From NCBI RefSeq assembly GCF_018977255.1, contig NW_024704742.1:43774001-43838000 (forward strand): DNA of 64,000 bases. The letters are read 5' to 3'. Source of the DNA: Callorhinchus milii (taxonomy: Eukaryota). Every line of letters begins with the position of its first letter. Position 1 is the first letter of the stretch. Position numbers and translations under genes: made by a program. Below are positions 14,826 to 28,372 of this stretch, in pieces. Below the pieces are notes generated by a model. That model had not been told where the DNA came from, searched no databases, and was given only the letters and a program-made list of their open reading frames with translations.

Positions 14826-15578
14826 GTAACTTGAACATGCTTCTTTGCCATTTGGTTTGGGTGTCAGGTGTCTGGTGTGCAAATCCATCTCCATGCTTAG
14901 GACTATCAAAACCAGACAGAGTTTCACATATACATGGACATTTTTCTATATGAAACAATGTGCTCACTCTTTCCTCAGACGGGCAGATCTGCTTACCCGA
15001 TTCCAGAAAATATTAGGCGCAAGTAGGCAAGAGCCAAAGTGTGTATTTAGTTAGTTTAATCAGCTAAAATTGCAACTTGCCATTGCACACACTGTCTGAC
15101 AAGCTCACTGCTGCTTGTCCAGCTTGGACCATGCCACCTGTTGGGACTTTGCCTTGCAGGGCTTATGGGAGCGAAATGCTTGTGACGCACAGAGATGTTT
15201 TAAATGCCACTTGGTTGTCAGAGGACTGACACTACTAATGAAAATATCTTGATAAGGGGTTGGAGGAGAGAAAATTGAAAACATCCAAAAACTAAATCAC
15301 TGAAGTAAACCACTTATTTCAACCAAACTGCAGAATGCATGTGTTCCCCATTCCTCATTAGATCCTGGTCTTGAAACAAGGTTTCTGCTACTTCTTCCTT
15401 TAAATTATTATGAGTTTTGCAAGATTACTATAGCAATTTCATTTGTCAACTTAGCAAGAGTACATTTTGTTTCTGAGCAGGCCTCCTCCCATTTCTCCTC
15501 CACCTATTGCCGTAGGTTAAATTGCTTATCAGTTTATCAATTGCTTATTTTAGACCTTTCTTTTGTTTCTATGTTTAG

Positions 15579-15752
<174 letters not shown>

Positions 15753-16548
15753 AGAACGTTTAAAGAAACAAACTTTTGATTTAGAGAGAGATGCTCTTGG
15801 CCTACTGCTGTAAATACAATGCAATAAAATGAAAATGACTCGGGAAATGAATAGCTTGATTGCACTGGGTGTCTCCTTTTGTGGACGCATTCTAAATGAG
15901 GTGAAAGTTATCTACTGTATCTAAAACTGCCAAAAACAGTTGCTTTGATGTAACTCATAAAATGTTAGATTCTGAAAGTAAAGTTTACAGATATTGCAAT
16001 GTTGAAATTCTGCGTGAATTTTGTAGTGTCAGGGAATATACAAACTCCGGTCGTAATGTATTTTTATAGGATATGTACATTAATTCTCGATTCATAATGT
16101 ATTAAATATCTGGGCAGGGCTATTATAAAGGGAAATTCTTGAATAAAGACGTTTATGTGTTTGTACATTCAGACCAAAAACTTTGTAATTAATTTCATAC
16201 AAATGAAAGTTTAGGAGAAAATGCTTTTTGTAAGCAGCACTGATTTGACCACTTTGTTTCATTAAAAGGCCTCAAATATAGTGTTTCAAATTGATTAATT
16301 TGTTCGGTTATAGTTAAATACACTGCATTACATTACACTGTAGCAAAGTTGTGTTTGAATGGTAAGACTACTGAATGATATATGCTTGCTTTATTTTTGA
16401 ACTTGACGAACTATTAAAGGATATTATTGTAATTGAATATTTTCTGGATGGAAATTTTTCCCTAAACTTGTAATAACTGAAAAATGCCTTTTTGAAATGC
16501 AAGAGAATTTCATATAACATCGCTGTTTTATGTGACTGGTTGTGTTTC

Positions 16549-16554
16549 AATAAA
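16549..16554 (+). terminator. Candidate polyadenylation signal of PI4K2B
   Basis: AATAAA at the end of an AT-rich, repeat-free 3'UTR-like stretch. Other AATAAA hexamers lie near 15823 and 16142. Confidence 0.4.
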
Positions 16555-17207
16555 CACTGCTGTGAACTTTACCATTGCTGCAAATGGTGGGGTTTTTCTT
16601 GAAAAAGCACTCAGGAACTGTAGCTAAGAATATGTTCCATTTTAAGGTAAGTCTGAAATATTGTAAGATCAGGTCTTGAAATAGAAACATGTTCGATTGC
16701 TGAATTATCTTATTTTTATATTTTTTCCAAAATAGCTTCTGGTTCCATCAACTGTATTTTTAAAAATTAAATCTTCCAATAAGGGAAATAAATATATCCA
16801 TCTACGTCATGTTTAAAGCTAACTTGAATCTATTTTATACATGACAACATACAGTGAACCAAATGGATTTTATTTTATTGGCTCAATCCACTCATCAGTG
16901 GGCAAGCTTTCATTTTTTTTTAATGGCCCAACATTGTTTTTTAGTCTACCCAAACCCTTTGGAGCTCCATCTCGAAGACCCTTTGCTTGCACCCACCCTC
17001 CCCATCTTTAAAGCTATAAAGTCATCTTCTGTGCCATAAGTTTGAATGGTTCTGTGGTACAGTCTGTCAATTCACCTTATAGTATATTCTGTGAAGGGCT
17101 GTGGGGTGTTTAAGAGATGTGATAAGACACTATATCAAAAGCAAGAATTAATATTATTAAGTGGTCCACAAAAGGAAGAAAACCTTTTTTTATTAAAAAT
17201 CGCAAAA

Positions 17208-17778
17208 TAACAACAACAACAACAACAAGATTCCATTTATAGAGCGCCTTTCACGTCAGGAGGACGTCCCAAGGCGCTGCACAGTTGGGTCATGACCCGA
17301 GCAGGGGGGAAATGGTCAGGGTGAGGGGAGGGAAGGGAGGGAGAGAGGAGGGGGGAAATGGTCAGGGTGAGGGGAGGGAAGGGAGGGAGCGAGGAGGAGG
17401 AAGAGAGTCGAGAGGGGAGCTGAAGGCACGGCCAAAGAGAAAGGTTTTGAGACCGGCCTTGAAGGAGGAAAGGGAGGAGGCGGCGAAGGCACTGGGGGAT
17501 GGAGTTCCAGAGCCTGGGGCTGAGAGGCTGAAGGCCCGACCACCGATAGTAGGGCGGTTGGGGCGGGGGACGTGGAGCAGACCGGAGCCAGAGGAACGGA
17601 GGGTACGGGCAGGTAGGTAGGGGGATAGTAGGTCGGAGAGGTAGGAGGGAGCAAGGCCGTGAATGGCCTTGTAGGTGAGGATGAGGATCTTGAAATCAAT
17701 CCTCTGGGGGATGGGGAGCCAGTGGAGGCGAGCGAGGGTGGGAGTGATGTGATCGCGAAGCCTGGTGCGGGACAGTAC
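17208..17778 (-). mobile_element. Young L2 subfamily copy, near-identical to 29066-29510 (-) and 39808-40292 (+)
   Basis: Shared ORF2 end and 3'UTR containing the ccctgaccatttcccc unit. Confidence 0.9.
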
Positions 17779-18177
17779 ATAAAGTTGGGAGATTCTTGGA
17801 ATTCAGAATTCTTTCCTACAAATGACTTGAAACTGAGTCCAGAACAGCATTTTAAAAAAGGTGGACTAGTACTGTACTAGTACAGACACACAATTGGCCA
17901 AATTATTTCATTATATACTTTTAACTTTTTGTGCTTTATGTATACTCCAGGGCTCGGTGTTAGCTTTCAGCACATGCCCAACAGGTTCTGCATATCCAAA
18001 TGTTTCACAGACCCAGGCATGGCTAATTACCTGTTGAAACTATCCAAGTCATCATCATTGGTTTTAATCTTTCTAAATGTCATGAGTGCAGATATCCAAT
18101 CTTACAAAAAGGACAAAGCCTTGCAGCTGAAACCCTCATCCATGCCTTCGTCACTTACCAACTCAACTATTCAAACA

Positions 18178-20075
18178 CCTGGGTCGGGAGACATGGAGCA
18201 GGCCAGAGCCGGCTGAGCGGAGGGAGTGGGCGGGTTGGCAGGGGGTTAGGAGGTTGCAGAGGTAGGGTGGCCATGGAGGGTTTTGTAGGTGAGGATCAGG
18301 ATCTTGAACTGGATCCTCTGATGGATAGGGAAGCCAATGGAGTTGGGCGAGAATGGGGGAGATAGGATCACAGAGTTTAGTGCGGGAGAGGACACGGGCT
18401 GCAGAGTTCTGGATTATTTGCAGCCTATGGAGGGAGGAGTTGGGAAGGCCGTCAAGCAGGGAGTTTGCATAGTCGAGCCTGGATGTGATGAAGGCACGAA
18501 CGAGAGTTTCAGTGGCCTGAGGGATAAGGTAGTGGAGTCGGATAATGTTACGGAGGTGAGGGAAGGCAGAGCGGGTCATGCCTTGGATGTGGGGAAGAAA
18601 AGACAGTTGAGGGTTGAACAATAACAACAACAAAATTACATTTATAGAGCGCCTTTCAAGTCGGGAGGACGTCCCAAAGCGCTGAACAGTCGGGTGTCGG
18701 GGCCCGAGCATGGGGGAGGGGTGTGGTCTAGGGGTGAGGGAAGGCAGAGAGGTGGGAGGGAGACCAAAGGCACGGTCGAAGAGAAAGATCTTGAGACCGA
18801 CCTTGAAGGAGGCAAGGGAGGAAGTGATGCAAAGGGACCGTGGGATGGAGTTCCAGAGTGTGGGGGCAGAGAGGCTGAAAGCCCAGCCACCGATGGTAGG
18901 GTGGGTTGGGCGGGAAACATGGAGCAGGCCGAAGCCTGACGAAAGGAGGGAGCGGGCAGGCTTGTAGGGAGTCAGCAGATCAGAACGGTAGGAGGGGGCA
19001 AGGCCATGGATAGCCTTAAAGATGAGGACGAGGATCTTGAATTCGAGCCTCTGGGGGATGGGGAGCCAGTGGAGTTGGGTGAGGGTGGGAGTGATGGGGT
19101 TGCGGAGCCTGGTGCACGAGAGTACACGAGCTGCAGAGTTTTGGATGATCTGCAGCTTGTGAAGGGAAGGGTTGGGAAGGCCGATGAGGAGGGAGTTCCC
19201 GTAATCAAGTCTTGAGGTGACGAATGATTGGTTGAGGGTTTTTTGCAGCCTGACAAGACACCCAGGATCCTGACTGGCTATGGTGAGTTGTAGTGTGCAA
19301 CCATGGAGGTTGATGCTGCCAGAGCCTGAGGTGCTGAGGCGCTGGCGCGAGCCAAGCAGGAGGGCCTCAGTCTTGCTCACATTCAACTGTAGGAAATTTG
19401 TCCTCATCCAGGACTTGATGTCCGACAGACAGTCTGTCAGGACAGCAGTGGTCCTGGAGTTGAGGGTGGAGGCAGAAAGATAGAGTTGGGTGTCATCCAT
19501 ATATATGGAAGTTGACCCCATGTCTGCGGATGATGTCACCAAAGGGGGAGCATGTAGATATTAAAGAGGAGAGGGCCAAGGGCAGAGCACTGGGGGACGC
19601 CAGATGTGACGGTGCAGGGACTGGAAGAGAAACCGTTAGAGGCAACAAAGTAAACCACTCCCATCACACCAGTCCTCGCCAGGCTCCACTGGCTCCCTAT
19701 CACAGAACAGATCGACTTCAAGATCCTCATACTCGTCTACAAATCCCTTCACACCCTGGCACCTCTCTATTTCTCCGACCTGCTTATTCCCCACGCCACC
19801 ACCCGCCACATCGACTCGGCTAGCCTCCTGCTTTTCTCTCATTCCTTCCATTCCACCATCGGCAGCAGTGCTTTAATCCACTACGCTATGAAACTCTGGA
19901 ACTCTCTCCTTCAATCCTTCACCGCCTTCACCTTGTCCCCTCCCCCATCCCATTTTTAGATCACGCCTTAAGATCTTCCTTTTTGAGTATGCCTACAGTC
20001 ACCTCCCCCTGGTTCAGCATCAGACTCCAAGAGACTACCCAGGCTCCAGAGTGCTATATAAATGCAACTTGTTTT
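18178..20075 (-). mobile_element. Cluster of L2 fragments: two tandem minus-strand pieces (18178-18620, 18621-19650) and an older plus-strand piece (about 19660-20075)
   Basis: The 459-aa ORF 18163..19542 repeats SRLDY.NSLL.GLP..LHWLP twice and reads through an L2 tail. Confidence 0.9.
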
Positions 20076-20346
20076 TATTCTGATATGTTATATTGTGTTC
20101 TGAAAATTGAAATGCCACAAGTGCAATGCCATTGCTTTTAATCTGTCTAAATGTCATGATAGGGTTCAGTCAGTCTTACAAACAAAACCAGTTGTTTTGA
20201 ATCTGACATGAGATTATCTTCTGTTCTGAAACCTGAAATGCAAGAAAATCTTTGCCAGTTACAATACAATGAGAATAATGTACAAATTTAAATCTATCAT
20301 CTGGAGTAATCACAAATCAAATGTAGCCTGGAAATTCCAAACTAAA

Positions 20347-21045
20347 TCTATACTAATAAAGATGAAGTGTCACTGTGTGTCTGTGTTTCCGCCAATAACT
20401 CAATAACCGATTGACGTAGAGACATGATTTATACTTAATCGGAAAGGTCTTGCAGATGGGAGTGTCATTGGCATTTTATTTTCAGATCTCCTATTGTTGA
20501 TGAGTTATATTTAAAAAATGCTTTAATTAGGCCTCAAAGTATGAGGTATGTATGGTATTCTGCAGAGGAAATCGCACACCCTTCTAAAGAGATGCAGCTG
20601 TACTAAGATATATACTCTGCAACAAATCAAGCTACTGTTTAATCAAGATGCACCGAAGCAATGCAATGGCACAAGTTTGGTGGTAAAGCAGTTGATGCCA
20701 CATATTGTAGAAGTAACTCTTCTGACTGGTCAGTTCAAAAGGGAAGATGTATTCATTCCTTGCATCCCACAGCTCCCAAGTGACTACCCGTTTGAATTCA
20801 AAAGGCTCCAATTCCCTGTTCGAATGTGCTTTGCCATGTTAATTATCAAGGCATGGGCAGAGATGAAAGGTTGTTGGCCTCCTCTTGAATACACCCTGCT
20901 TTTCTAATAGACAGTTCTATGTTGTATGCTCACATGTGGGTTCATCTCAAAACCTGTAAATCATGGCCGAAGGAGGAAAAATTGCAAATGTAATCTAAAC
21001 AGAAGCCTTGCAATAACTCAAGGAACTGCCGAATCACACAGTAAA
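20347..21045 (+). mobile_element. Internally deleted Helitron: 5' terminus plus PIF1-type helicase C-terminus
   Basis: A|TCTATACTAATAAAG 5' end. CNGTSLVVKQL..TGQFKREDVFIP..PFEFKRLQFPVRMCFAM, then in another frame GQ..PCFS..QFYV.CS.V..N...NVI..EALQ with stops. The 3' hairpin and CTAG are not recognisable. Confidence 0.88.
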
Positions 21046-21556
21046 CCCCTTCAGTTACAGTAGCTTTGATAGGAGTCCTCCCACAGGAGTCCTCCTACTG
21101 AGTCCTACTGAGTCCTCCAAAAGGAGTCCTCCCAGCTGATTATAGATAACAAAAAAAAAATTACATTTGTAAAGTGCCTTTCACGTTGGGAGGACGTCCC
21201 AAGGTGCTGCACAGACAGAGATTTGGTCCCAAGCGCGGGGTCGGGGAAGGTGGAGGGCAGGGGGGGAAGCAGGGAGATCGAAAGCACGGTCGAAGAGGAG
21301 GGTCTTGAGATGGGTCTTGAAGGAGGCGAGGGAGGGGGCGAGGCAGAGGGACTGTGCGATGGAGTTCCAGAGGGTGGGGACAGAGTGGCAGAAGGCTCAC
21401 CTGCCAATGGTGGGGCGAGCGAGGCGGGGGACGTGAAGCAGGCCGGAGGCTGCTGTCTATCTTTCAATCTACATTCCATAGCGGATCCTTTGGTTGCAAG
21501 CAAAGCTGCATCGAGTACAGCTAATATTAAATATTTCTCTAACTTTATAGTGATTT

Positions 21557-22024
21557 ATAATAATAATAATCCTTGCATCTGATATAGTGCCTTATCACAT
21601 CTTCTAGACATCTCAAAGTGCTTCACAGAATATACTGTAAACAACAACAAGATTATATCTGTATAGCGCCTTTCACGTCGGAAGGACTTCCCAAGGCGCT
21701 GGACAGTGTACAGCATTTCATACCCGAATTAAATGAAATAATAAATCAATTAATTTAATTAAATAATAAATTAATTAATAAATAAAAGTAAAGTGAATCT
21801 ACTGCATATTTGTGGGCAAAACACGGCAGCCAATTGCGCACAGCAGTGTCCCACAAACAGTCGTGGATTGAAGTGACTAATTTATTATTGTTTTTTTCTT
21901 CATGAGGGATTATTATTAGGTGTGTGGAGTAAGGAAACTTGCCCAAGGTTTTCCCTTGTTGGGAATCGATCCCAGGACTCTCACTTGCGAGGCAAGTGCT
22001 CTAACCACTGAGGACAGGACTCCA
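21557..22024 (-). mobile_element. Deu-domain SINE interrupted by a short L2-tail insertion (about 21640-21790)
   Basis: tRNA head at about 21960-22024, Deu core at about 21810-21860, tail at about 21557-21640. Confidence 0.75.
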
Positions 22025-24669
22025 CCATATAGTAAATACGCCTCAAATTGTAATTCCTACATGCAGTAACCTTTAATTTTCATTGAATTTGATTTATCAG
22101 TAATCAGAGCAGGTGCAGTCCATGTTGATTTCTCTTTTCCAGACCTTGGGTGCCTCCTTTGATTTCACAATTCACCCTCTGTCTGTAAAATGTATTACTT
22201 TGCACTGACTGCTCTATTTAGTTCCAATGGTCCCAGCGTGGACTTGTGGACACCCCACTGAATACTTCCTACCATTTTAACCTCACTCTGCTATTTTAAA
22301 TATTTTTAAATATTTTAAATTTTTATTTGCTTTGATTTTGCACAAGTTTTGTTTCAGAACTACAAAGTCAAAAGTACATTTTGTTTTTGCTGTCACTGCT
22401 GGAAGAAGTACAGTGCTACATTATCAGAAGTGCTGTCCTTCACGTGTCAAATTGGACCACATTGACATAAGCCATCAGCTCATGTCTAACAAGCACACAC
22501 CCAAATTACACCCACACTTACAATTACACATTTGACTCCCCCAAGTCAATATTGCAGTGATTATTTTTTACAAAATAACTCAACAACTTGGATTTATATA
22601 ACGTCTTCCACATGAGGTACTGGCTCAAAGCACTTAAGCCAGTAATTCAAACAGCCTCTATCTATGTGTACATGCTTAGTCCTGCAAATAACTTGTCTTG
22701 AATCCAGAACATGATTTATATTGTTATTGTGATTTGACATTGATTTGATAGCAGGCAGCATTTTTTGCAGAATTTATAGTGTATGGAACAGACCACTTAA
22801 CAGTATCAGCATCTCCAAATGGCAAATCTGGAATGCTAAGTTCCAAGTGCATCCAAAATAGCCACTTATACTGAAGAATGATATTATACATGTTCCCAAG
22901 AAAACAAACAGATCTCAGAGCTTTTATAGAAATTAAACTTTTTAATGAAAGGTTGTTTTAAGGCATGCATTTTGAAAACATTTAGATCACAAACGTACAA
23001 TAAATATAGGATGTAACTTCATACAATCTGAATGTTCACGTTACACTGTAACATACAGGGGGAAAAAATCAATGATGTGAGCACATCTTAAAGATGTCCT
23101 TGTGAAATGGCTAGGCCTATTAATCATTAGGAGTCCTAGTTAATAAATAGAGAATATAAATATATTGTTTAAAAATCTTACTCTTCTTCCCTGGATGTGA
23201 TATAGGGATTTCTGCAGCAAGTATTTGATGTAATGCATCAGTAGATACAGGAGACCATGCAACTCTTTCCTTCTTTCATTTTCATTTCCTTCTATGCTTG
23301 ATCAACTGTCCACATTACATACAGATGTAAGCTGCCAACCTTAAAAAAGGTTTGATGTCTAATTTAGTTCTGTTGAATAAGGCAAAAGCACACATATATA
23401 CACACACAGGTGGAAGCATTTCACAACATATGTAATTCCAAGCTAACAAAAAGGTTTTAATCAGGGGTGACCTTGTTAAACTCTCAAACAGAAACTCAAT
23501 CAATAAAACGTTATCCAAAAAACTTGTTTATGGCTCAATGAATGTTTAGAGGCAATAGATGAGACCCTGTAAAGCACAGAGTAAAGAATGTTACATGCAA
23601 TTTCTCATCTCAATCCTGATAAAGTGGACTTGGTAATGCTTGCCCAGCTTTACTATTGCAAGGTTATAATTTTGGGAGTGGTTAGCATTGATTTGAGAAC
23701 ATTTTGCTGAAATTAGTGAGTTTGTATAAGGTTAGTATTAGCCTGGAGTTACTTTACAATGGAAAGAATAGGTTAATTAAGATTAACCTTTAAAAAGCCT
23801 ATGCACCAACAGTGAGTTAGAAAATAGTGAACAATTCAACTAGAGAATTGTAACAAAGGCTGTACAATGTTCATTTAATGTAAGTTGACATATTTGCATA
23901 CACGGGGAAGCTGACTCCATGTTTGCAGATGACATTGCTGAGAGGGAGCATATAGACGAAGAAAAGAATGGAGCCATGGATGGAGCCCTGGGGTACCCTG
24001 CAGGGGCTGGGCAGGGGCGACAGGAAAAACCAAGAAGTGCTGGCGGTTGGTTAAGTAGGACTCGAACCATGTGAGTGCAGTCCCACTAAGGTGGATGAGG
24101 GAGACAGTGGTGGAGGATGGCATGGTCGAATGCAGAGGAGAGGTCCACGAGGACGAGGAGGCTGAGAGAGCCCTGGTCACAGAAAGAGAGGACATCATTT
24201 GTTACTTTGACGAGCGCTGTGAGCTGGGCAGAAACCGGACCAGAGGGGTTCGAGTAAGGGAGGGAGTGGAGGGTGTGGTGTGAGCAAACTTGATTTGCAA
24301 CAACTCGTTCCAAGAACAGCAAGTGTTGGTCATAGCACAGGAAGAGGACTTACAATAAGCATATCAAATGAGCAACAGAAATGTTATACATTATCAGGAA
24401 TGCAAGGCATCACAAAAACGTGATCAACAACAACTTGACAGACAACTGTCTAAGCAAGAATCTAAAACTGCTTTGAAGCCATTGTGTATCTATTCAATCA
24501 CACTTCAAAAACAATCTGCATCATTAAAATAGTCTTTGGGAGTAATTTTGCCCCCTGGTATTTTGTTACAATCATTCAGTCTAACCACAATCAATTCAAT
24601 CGCCCATCTCACAGGTAATTTAAGCCTATTGAGAACATCACGTTTCATGAGAATACAGGGTCACAATTT

Positions 24670-24833
24670 TCATCCATTTATGATTTCAGTAATCCAATTA
24701 CTGAAGGCAGTGGTCTTTGCATATATTCCTGGAAGATTAGGTCTTGCACAACCTATTCCACCGGAAACAATTCCTGCCAATATCCAAGCCGAGAATCCAC
24801 ATCTTGGCACAGCAAAGGTCCTCCAGAATCTCC
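24670..24833 (-). CDS. Protease exon 6: catalytic Ser ([10 protein letters not shown]...), frameshifted as assembled
   Basis: ccctag acceptor. [14 protein letters not shown] is followed by a frame change near 24791-24795 to [39 protein letters not shown] (TGA 24672-24670). The unshifted frame stops at TAG 24755-24753. Confidence 0.9.
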
Positions 24834-25516
24834 CTAGGGATACACAAAATACAAAGTTCAGATACGTGAAGATTGCAAAGATCAGGATTGATCTGCGTTC
24901 AATTCTGTATCATCTATTTTTTGAAAAATCTGGTGTACTATTAGTATGCAAGTTTATTCTGTGACTCATGAACTTGCAGACATTTTTATAATTGGAAATA
25001 GAACTGTTGATCAATAAACAGCAAAAATCTGAACAAGTGCAAATTAAACTCATTTTGTACTATTTGATTTTTAAAAAAAAAAAATCCAAAGTATCAAATC
25101 AGTGAGTAGGATAATTTGCAGCTCAACGGGACTGAATAGATTTTTTTTTGAAAAAGTCAGCACAGACACAGTGGGCCAAATGGGCTAATTTCTATAGTTA
25201 TTGTTATATGATTGCATCACAAGCTGACGGATATAAAATGTTTTGGAGGGAGCCACAACCACTTTGTAAAGATACAGACCCACATTCAGTATTAACTAAT
25301 CTCAATCAGAGAGGTCACAATGTGATCTATGGCAAATAGAGAGCATTATCATTGTGGTGGTGATTTGAGGAGTAGGGTGGCAAGACTACAATATCTGCCT
25401 GTGTTACAGCAGATGTAGAATATTCAATGCTGACATTCATCCCACAATTGGAAATGTCTTCATGTTAATATCCATCTTAGGAAAATAAAAATGTCAATAA
25501 AATTGTTATTCAATAC

Positions 25517-25653
25517 CTGGCACGTATCTTTGCCACCTTCTAGGACCCCTGCACACATCATCTGCCTAGTTATCGTTTGGGATGTTAAGGCTTCACAATC
25601 ACTATTGTTGAAAAGCTTAACTTCCGTCTTCAAAAGTTCATTACTGGAGGCTC
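25517..25653 (-). CDS. Protease exon 5 (GASSNELLKTEVKLFNNSDC...MMCAGVLEGGKDTCQ)
   Basis: ttaacag acceptor and CAG/gtattg donor; Asp189 equivalent in KDTCQ implies trypsin-like specificity. Confidence 0.95.
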
Positions 25654-26288
25654 CTGTTAACAAAACAGATGGACATACAATACTTTTAGATTGTACAATC
25701 GCATTAAAGAACAACGGACCCAGTCAAGAGTGGCAAAACAGTGTACAATATATTCTAACATATGTCAATGACATCCAGAGGTAGCACACTGTGTGTGGGT
25801 TCAGAAAATACATTTGTTTGCTACCAGTCATATTTGCCGTAAAGAAATTGTTACTAAGCTCTCGTTAATTCAACAATAACAGTCCACTTGGAGAGTTTGA
25901 TTATATATGGCACATTTCTTTTCGTCCGATTGCAGAAACTGCATCCACTTTAATAATAATGCTTGCATTTGATAAAGCGCCTTATCACATCTTCGAGACG
26001 TCTCAAAGCCCTCCGTAAGAATACACTGTAAACTGAATTGACTGTAGATTTTTTGGGCACCTTTATTTACAAAGACTATTTTGAAGACAAATTTCCAGAA
26101 CAAACATCACGATTCAATGTGATCCTTCCATCCAGAATGCTTGAGCAACACTACAAAGGGTCTTTCCTGAGTTAATTTGCCCTGGTGACCTCCACAGATT
26201 GACTCTTAGAAAAAGCTAAAGGCAAGACATCAGGGGTGCAATTCTAACTTGGGACTCAAATGTTCAGGATTAATAAAAAAATACATAC

Positions 26289-26557
26289 CATTTTCAGATA
26301 TTTTTCCCCACCCAATAATTATGCAGTATTGACCATCAGTAAACAATGGTGTCGCTGGAGGCAGGCAAGCTGGTTGGACAAAGTCTGTATAATGAATGGG
26401 TGTAGTCAACTCCAGTAGAGCAACATCATAATCAGTTGTAGAAAAGTTTGCATCGGGATGAATGATTATTTTCCGGATAGTTCGAATCTGAACATTTGGA
26501 TTCATTTCCTTATTCAAATAATGCACACCAAAGACTGCAGTCAAAGAATCCTCATTC
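26289..26557 (-). CDS. Protease exon 4: catalytic Asp (IIIHPD...DYDVALLEL...VQPACLP...CIIIGWGKISEN)
   Basis: ttggcag acceptor and G/gtatgt donor; phase 2/1; overlaps ORF 26230..26544. Confidence 0.95.
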
Positions 26558-26567
26558 CTGCCAATAG

Positions 26568-27238
26568 AACAACAACAACAAAATTACATTAGTATAGCGC
26601 CTTTCACACTGGGATGATGTCTCAAGGTGCTGGACAGTCAGTTTTCCAGACCTGAGCTGGGGGTTGGGATTGAGGAGGGTGGAGTGCAGGGGGGGAAGGA
26701 GGGTGATCGAAAGCACAGTCGAAGAGGAGAGACTTGGGATAGTTGAGGGTCAAACAAGACGCCAAGGTTTCAGACTGGCTTAGCAAGGTGGAGTGCATAT
26801 CCATGGATAGTGATGCTGTCAGAGCCTGAGTTGAGGAGGTGCTGACGGGAGCCAACCAGGAGAGCCTCAGTCTTGTTGAAGTTCAACTGAAGAAAGTTAG
26901 CTCTCATCCAGGACTTGATGTCTGACAGACATTCTGTCAGGACAGCAGTGATCCTGGAGTCAAGGGTGGAGGCAGAGAGGTACAGTTGGGTGTCAATCGC
27001 ATACATATGGAAGTTGACCCCATGTCTGCGGATGATGTCACCAAGAGGGAGCATATAGATATTGAAGAGGAGTGGACCAAGGACAGAGCCCTGTGGAACG
27101 CTGTATGAGATGGGGCAGGGGCTGGAGGAGAAGCCATTTGTGGAGATGAAGTGGAGGCGGTGTGAGAGGTGCAATCTGAACCATTCAAGGGCAGAACCGT
27201 GAAGCTTTGAGGTGAGAGGAGAGGCGGTGGATGAGAAG
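26568..27238 (-). mobile_element. L2 fragment in protease intron 3, tail abutting the exon 4 acceptor
   Basis: VPQGSVLGPLLFNIYMLPLG RT motif (ORF 26770..27255) and family 3' tail. Confidence 0.9.
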
Positions 27239-27851
27239 AAAATAAAATTAGTCATGCATTATTTGCTGGGAAATTATTATGATTTATTTCCTAACCCAGA
27301 TCCTCAAAGTATTAAACCAATCATTTTAATTGAGGAAAAATGAGAATGGACATAACCTGTAGAGGCATAATTAATGTAGATGCGTCTTATTCAGGTTAGA
27401 CTCAGTGCAAGAGTACTTAATTAATGAGCTTTAAAAGTGCTGAGGATGAGTATATAATATATTTATACATACCCACATTTATATATGTATATATATAATT
27501 CTTAAAATATACACATATATTTAAGACTTGCACAATTACGAATTGTGTAATAACAATTCAACAAACCAAATTCATTCTATGTGGATTGTGGAAGCACTGT
27601 AATCCTATGGAGATTCAGTAACACTAAAATGCAGTACAAGAACCTTTCTAAAAATAAACAGTACAGTATACAATAGATACACGTGTGCTCTAAACACTTG
27701 TAAGCTGAACAGTTTGCAACTTGCCTTCAAAATGCATAGTCACAATGGTTCACAAAATAATTCTGGGGAACACTTTGAGACATCCTCCTGACATGAAAGG
27801 TATAATATCAAGGATTGACTTCCATTATGAAGCAGCTGTGGCAGACTTTAC

Positions 27852-28020
27852 CTGTTCTCAAAACAGTGTGCAGCCGAGACAATCCACCTGCAGGATACTA
27901 GTGTTGCTCCACAGAAGTGTTGCCCGTGATGTTGCAGACTCACTTGAAAAGGCCACTCGCCGTCTGTTGTACTCAATCCTCCTACTATTCGGTGAGTTAC
28001 TACTTTTTGTCTTCCGCAAC
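27852..28020 (-). CDS. Protease exon 3: activation site and catalytic His ([15 protein letters not shown]...GEWPFQVSL...[22 protein letters not shown])
   Basis: gtaacag acceptor and AG/gtaaag donor; R|IVGG and AAHC motifs of S1A trypsin-family proteases. Missed by the ORF track. Confidence 0.95.
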
Positions 28021-28372
28021 CTGTTACAGGAAAGGAATGCAGTTATTAGAGTGCGTTGAAAGGCAATAAAGGAATTATTCGTAGCAATGTTTCCCATTTT
28101 TTCTAACTCAAGTGGTGGCCAATAGTTTTTGGTCCGTCAACCAAATACAGTTTTTTTAAAATTGATTTTTCTTTATTTATGGCAGCGCCTTGAGCATCGC
28201 AGCAACTGGAAACAAAGATTTGGCCGAGATTTGCCTGGACTATTGCCATTTCTTGACACCCCCAAAGTAGTCCGTGGGCTACTACAAAGCCATAAATAAA
28301 GAAAAATTCAACAAAGAAAAATGTATTCGGTTGGCCAACCAAAAAGATTAACTACCTCTGTGTCTAAATCGA

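Noticed and set aside
18163..19542. 459-aa ORF, the longest in the window
   Set aside because: Chance read-through of two adjacent L2 fragments including a 3'UTR and tail; not a gene.
24536..24964. 142-aa plus-strand ORF
   Set aside because: Antisense shadow of the protease terminal exon.
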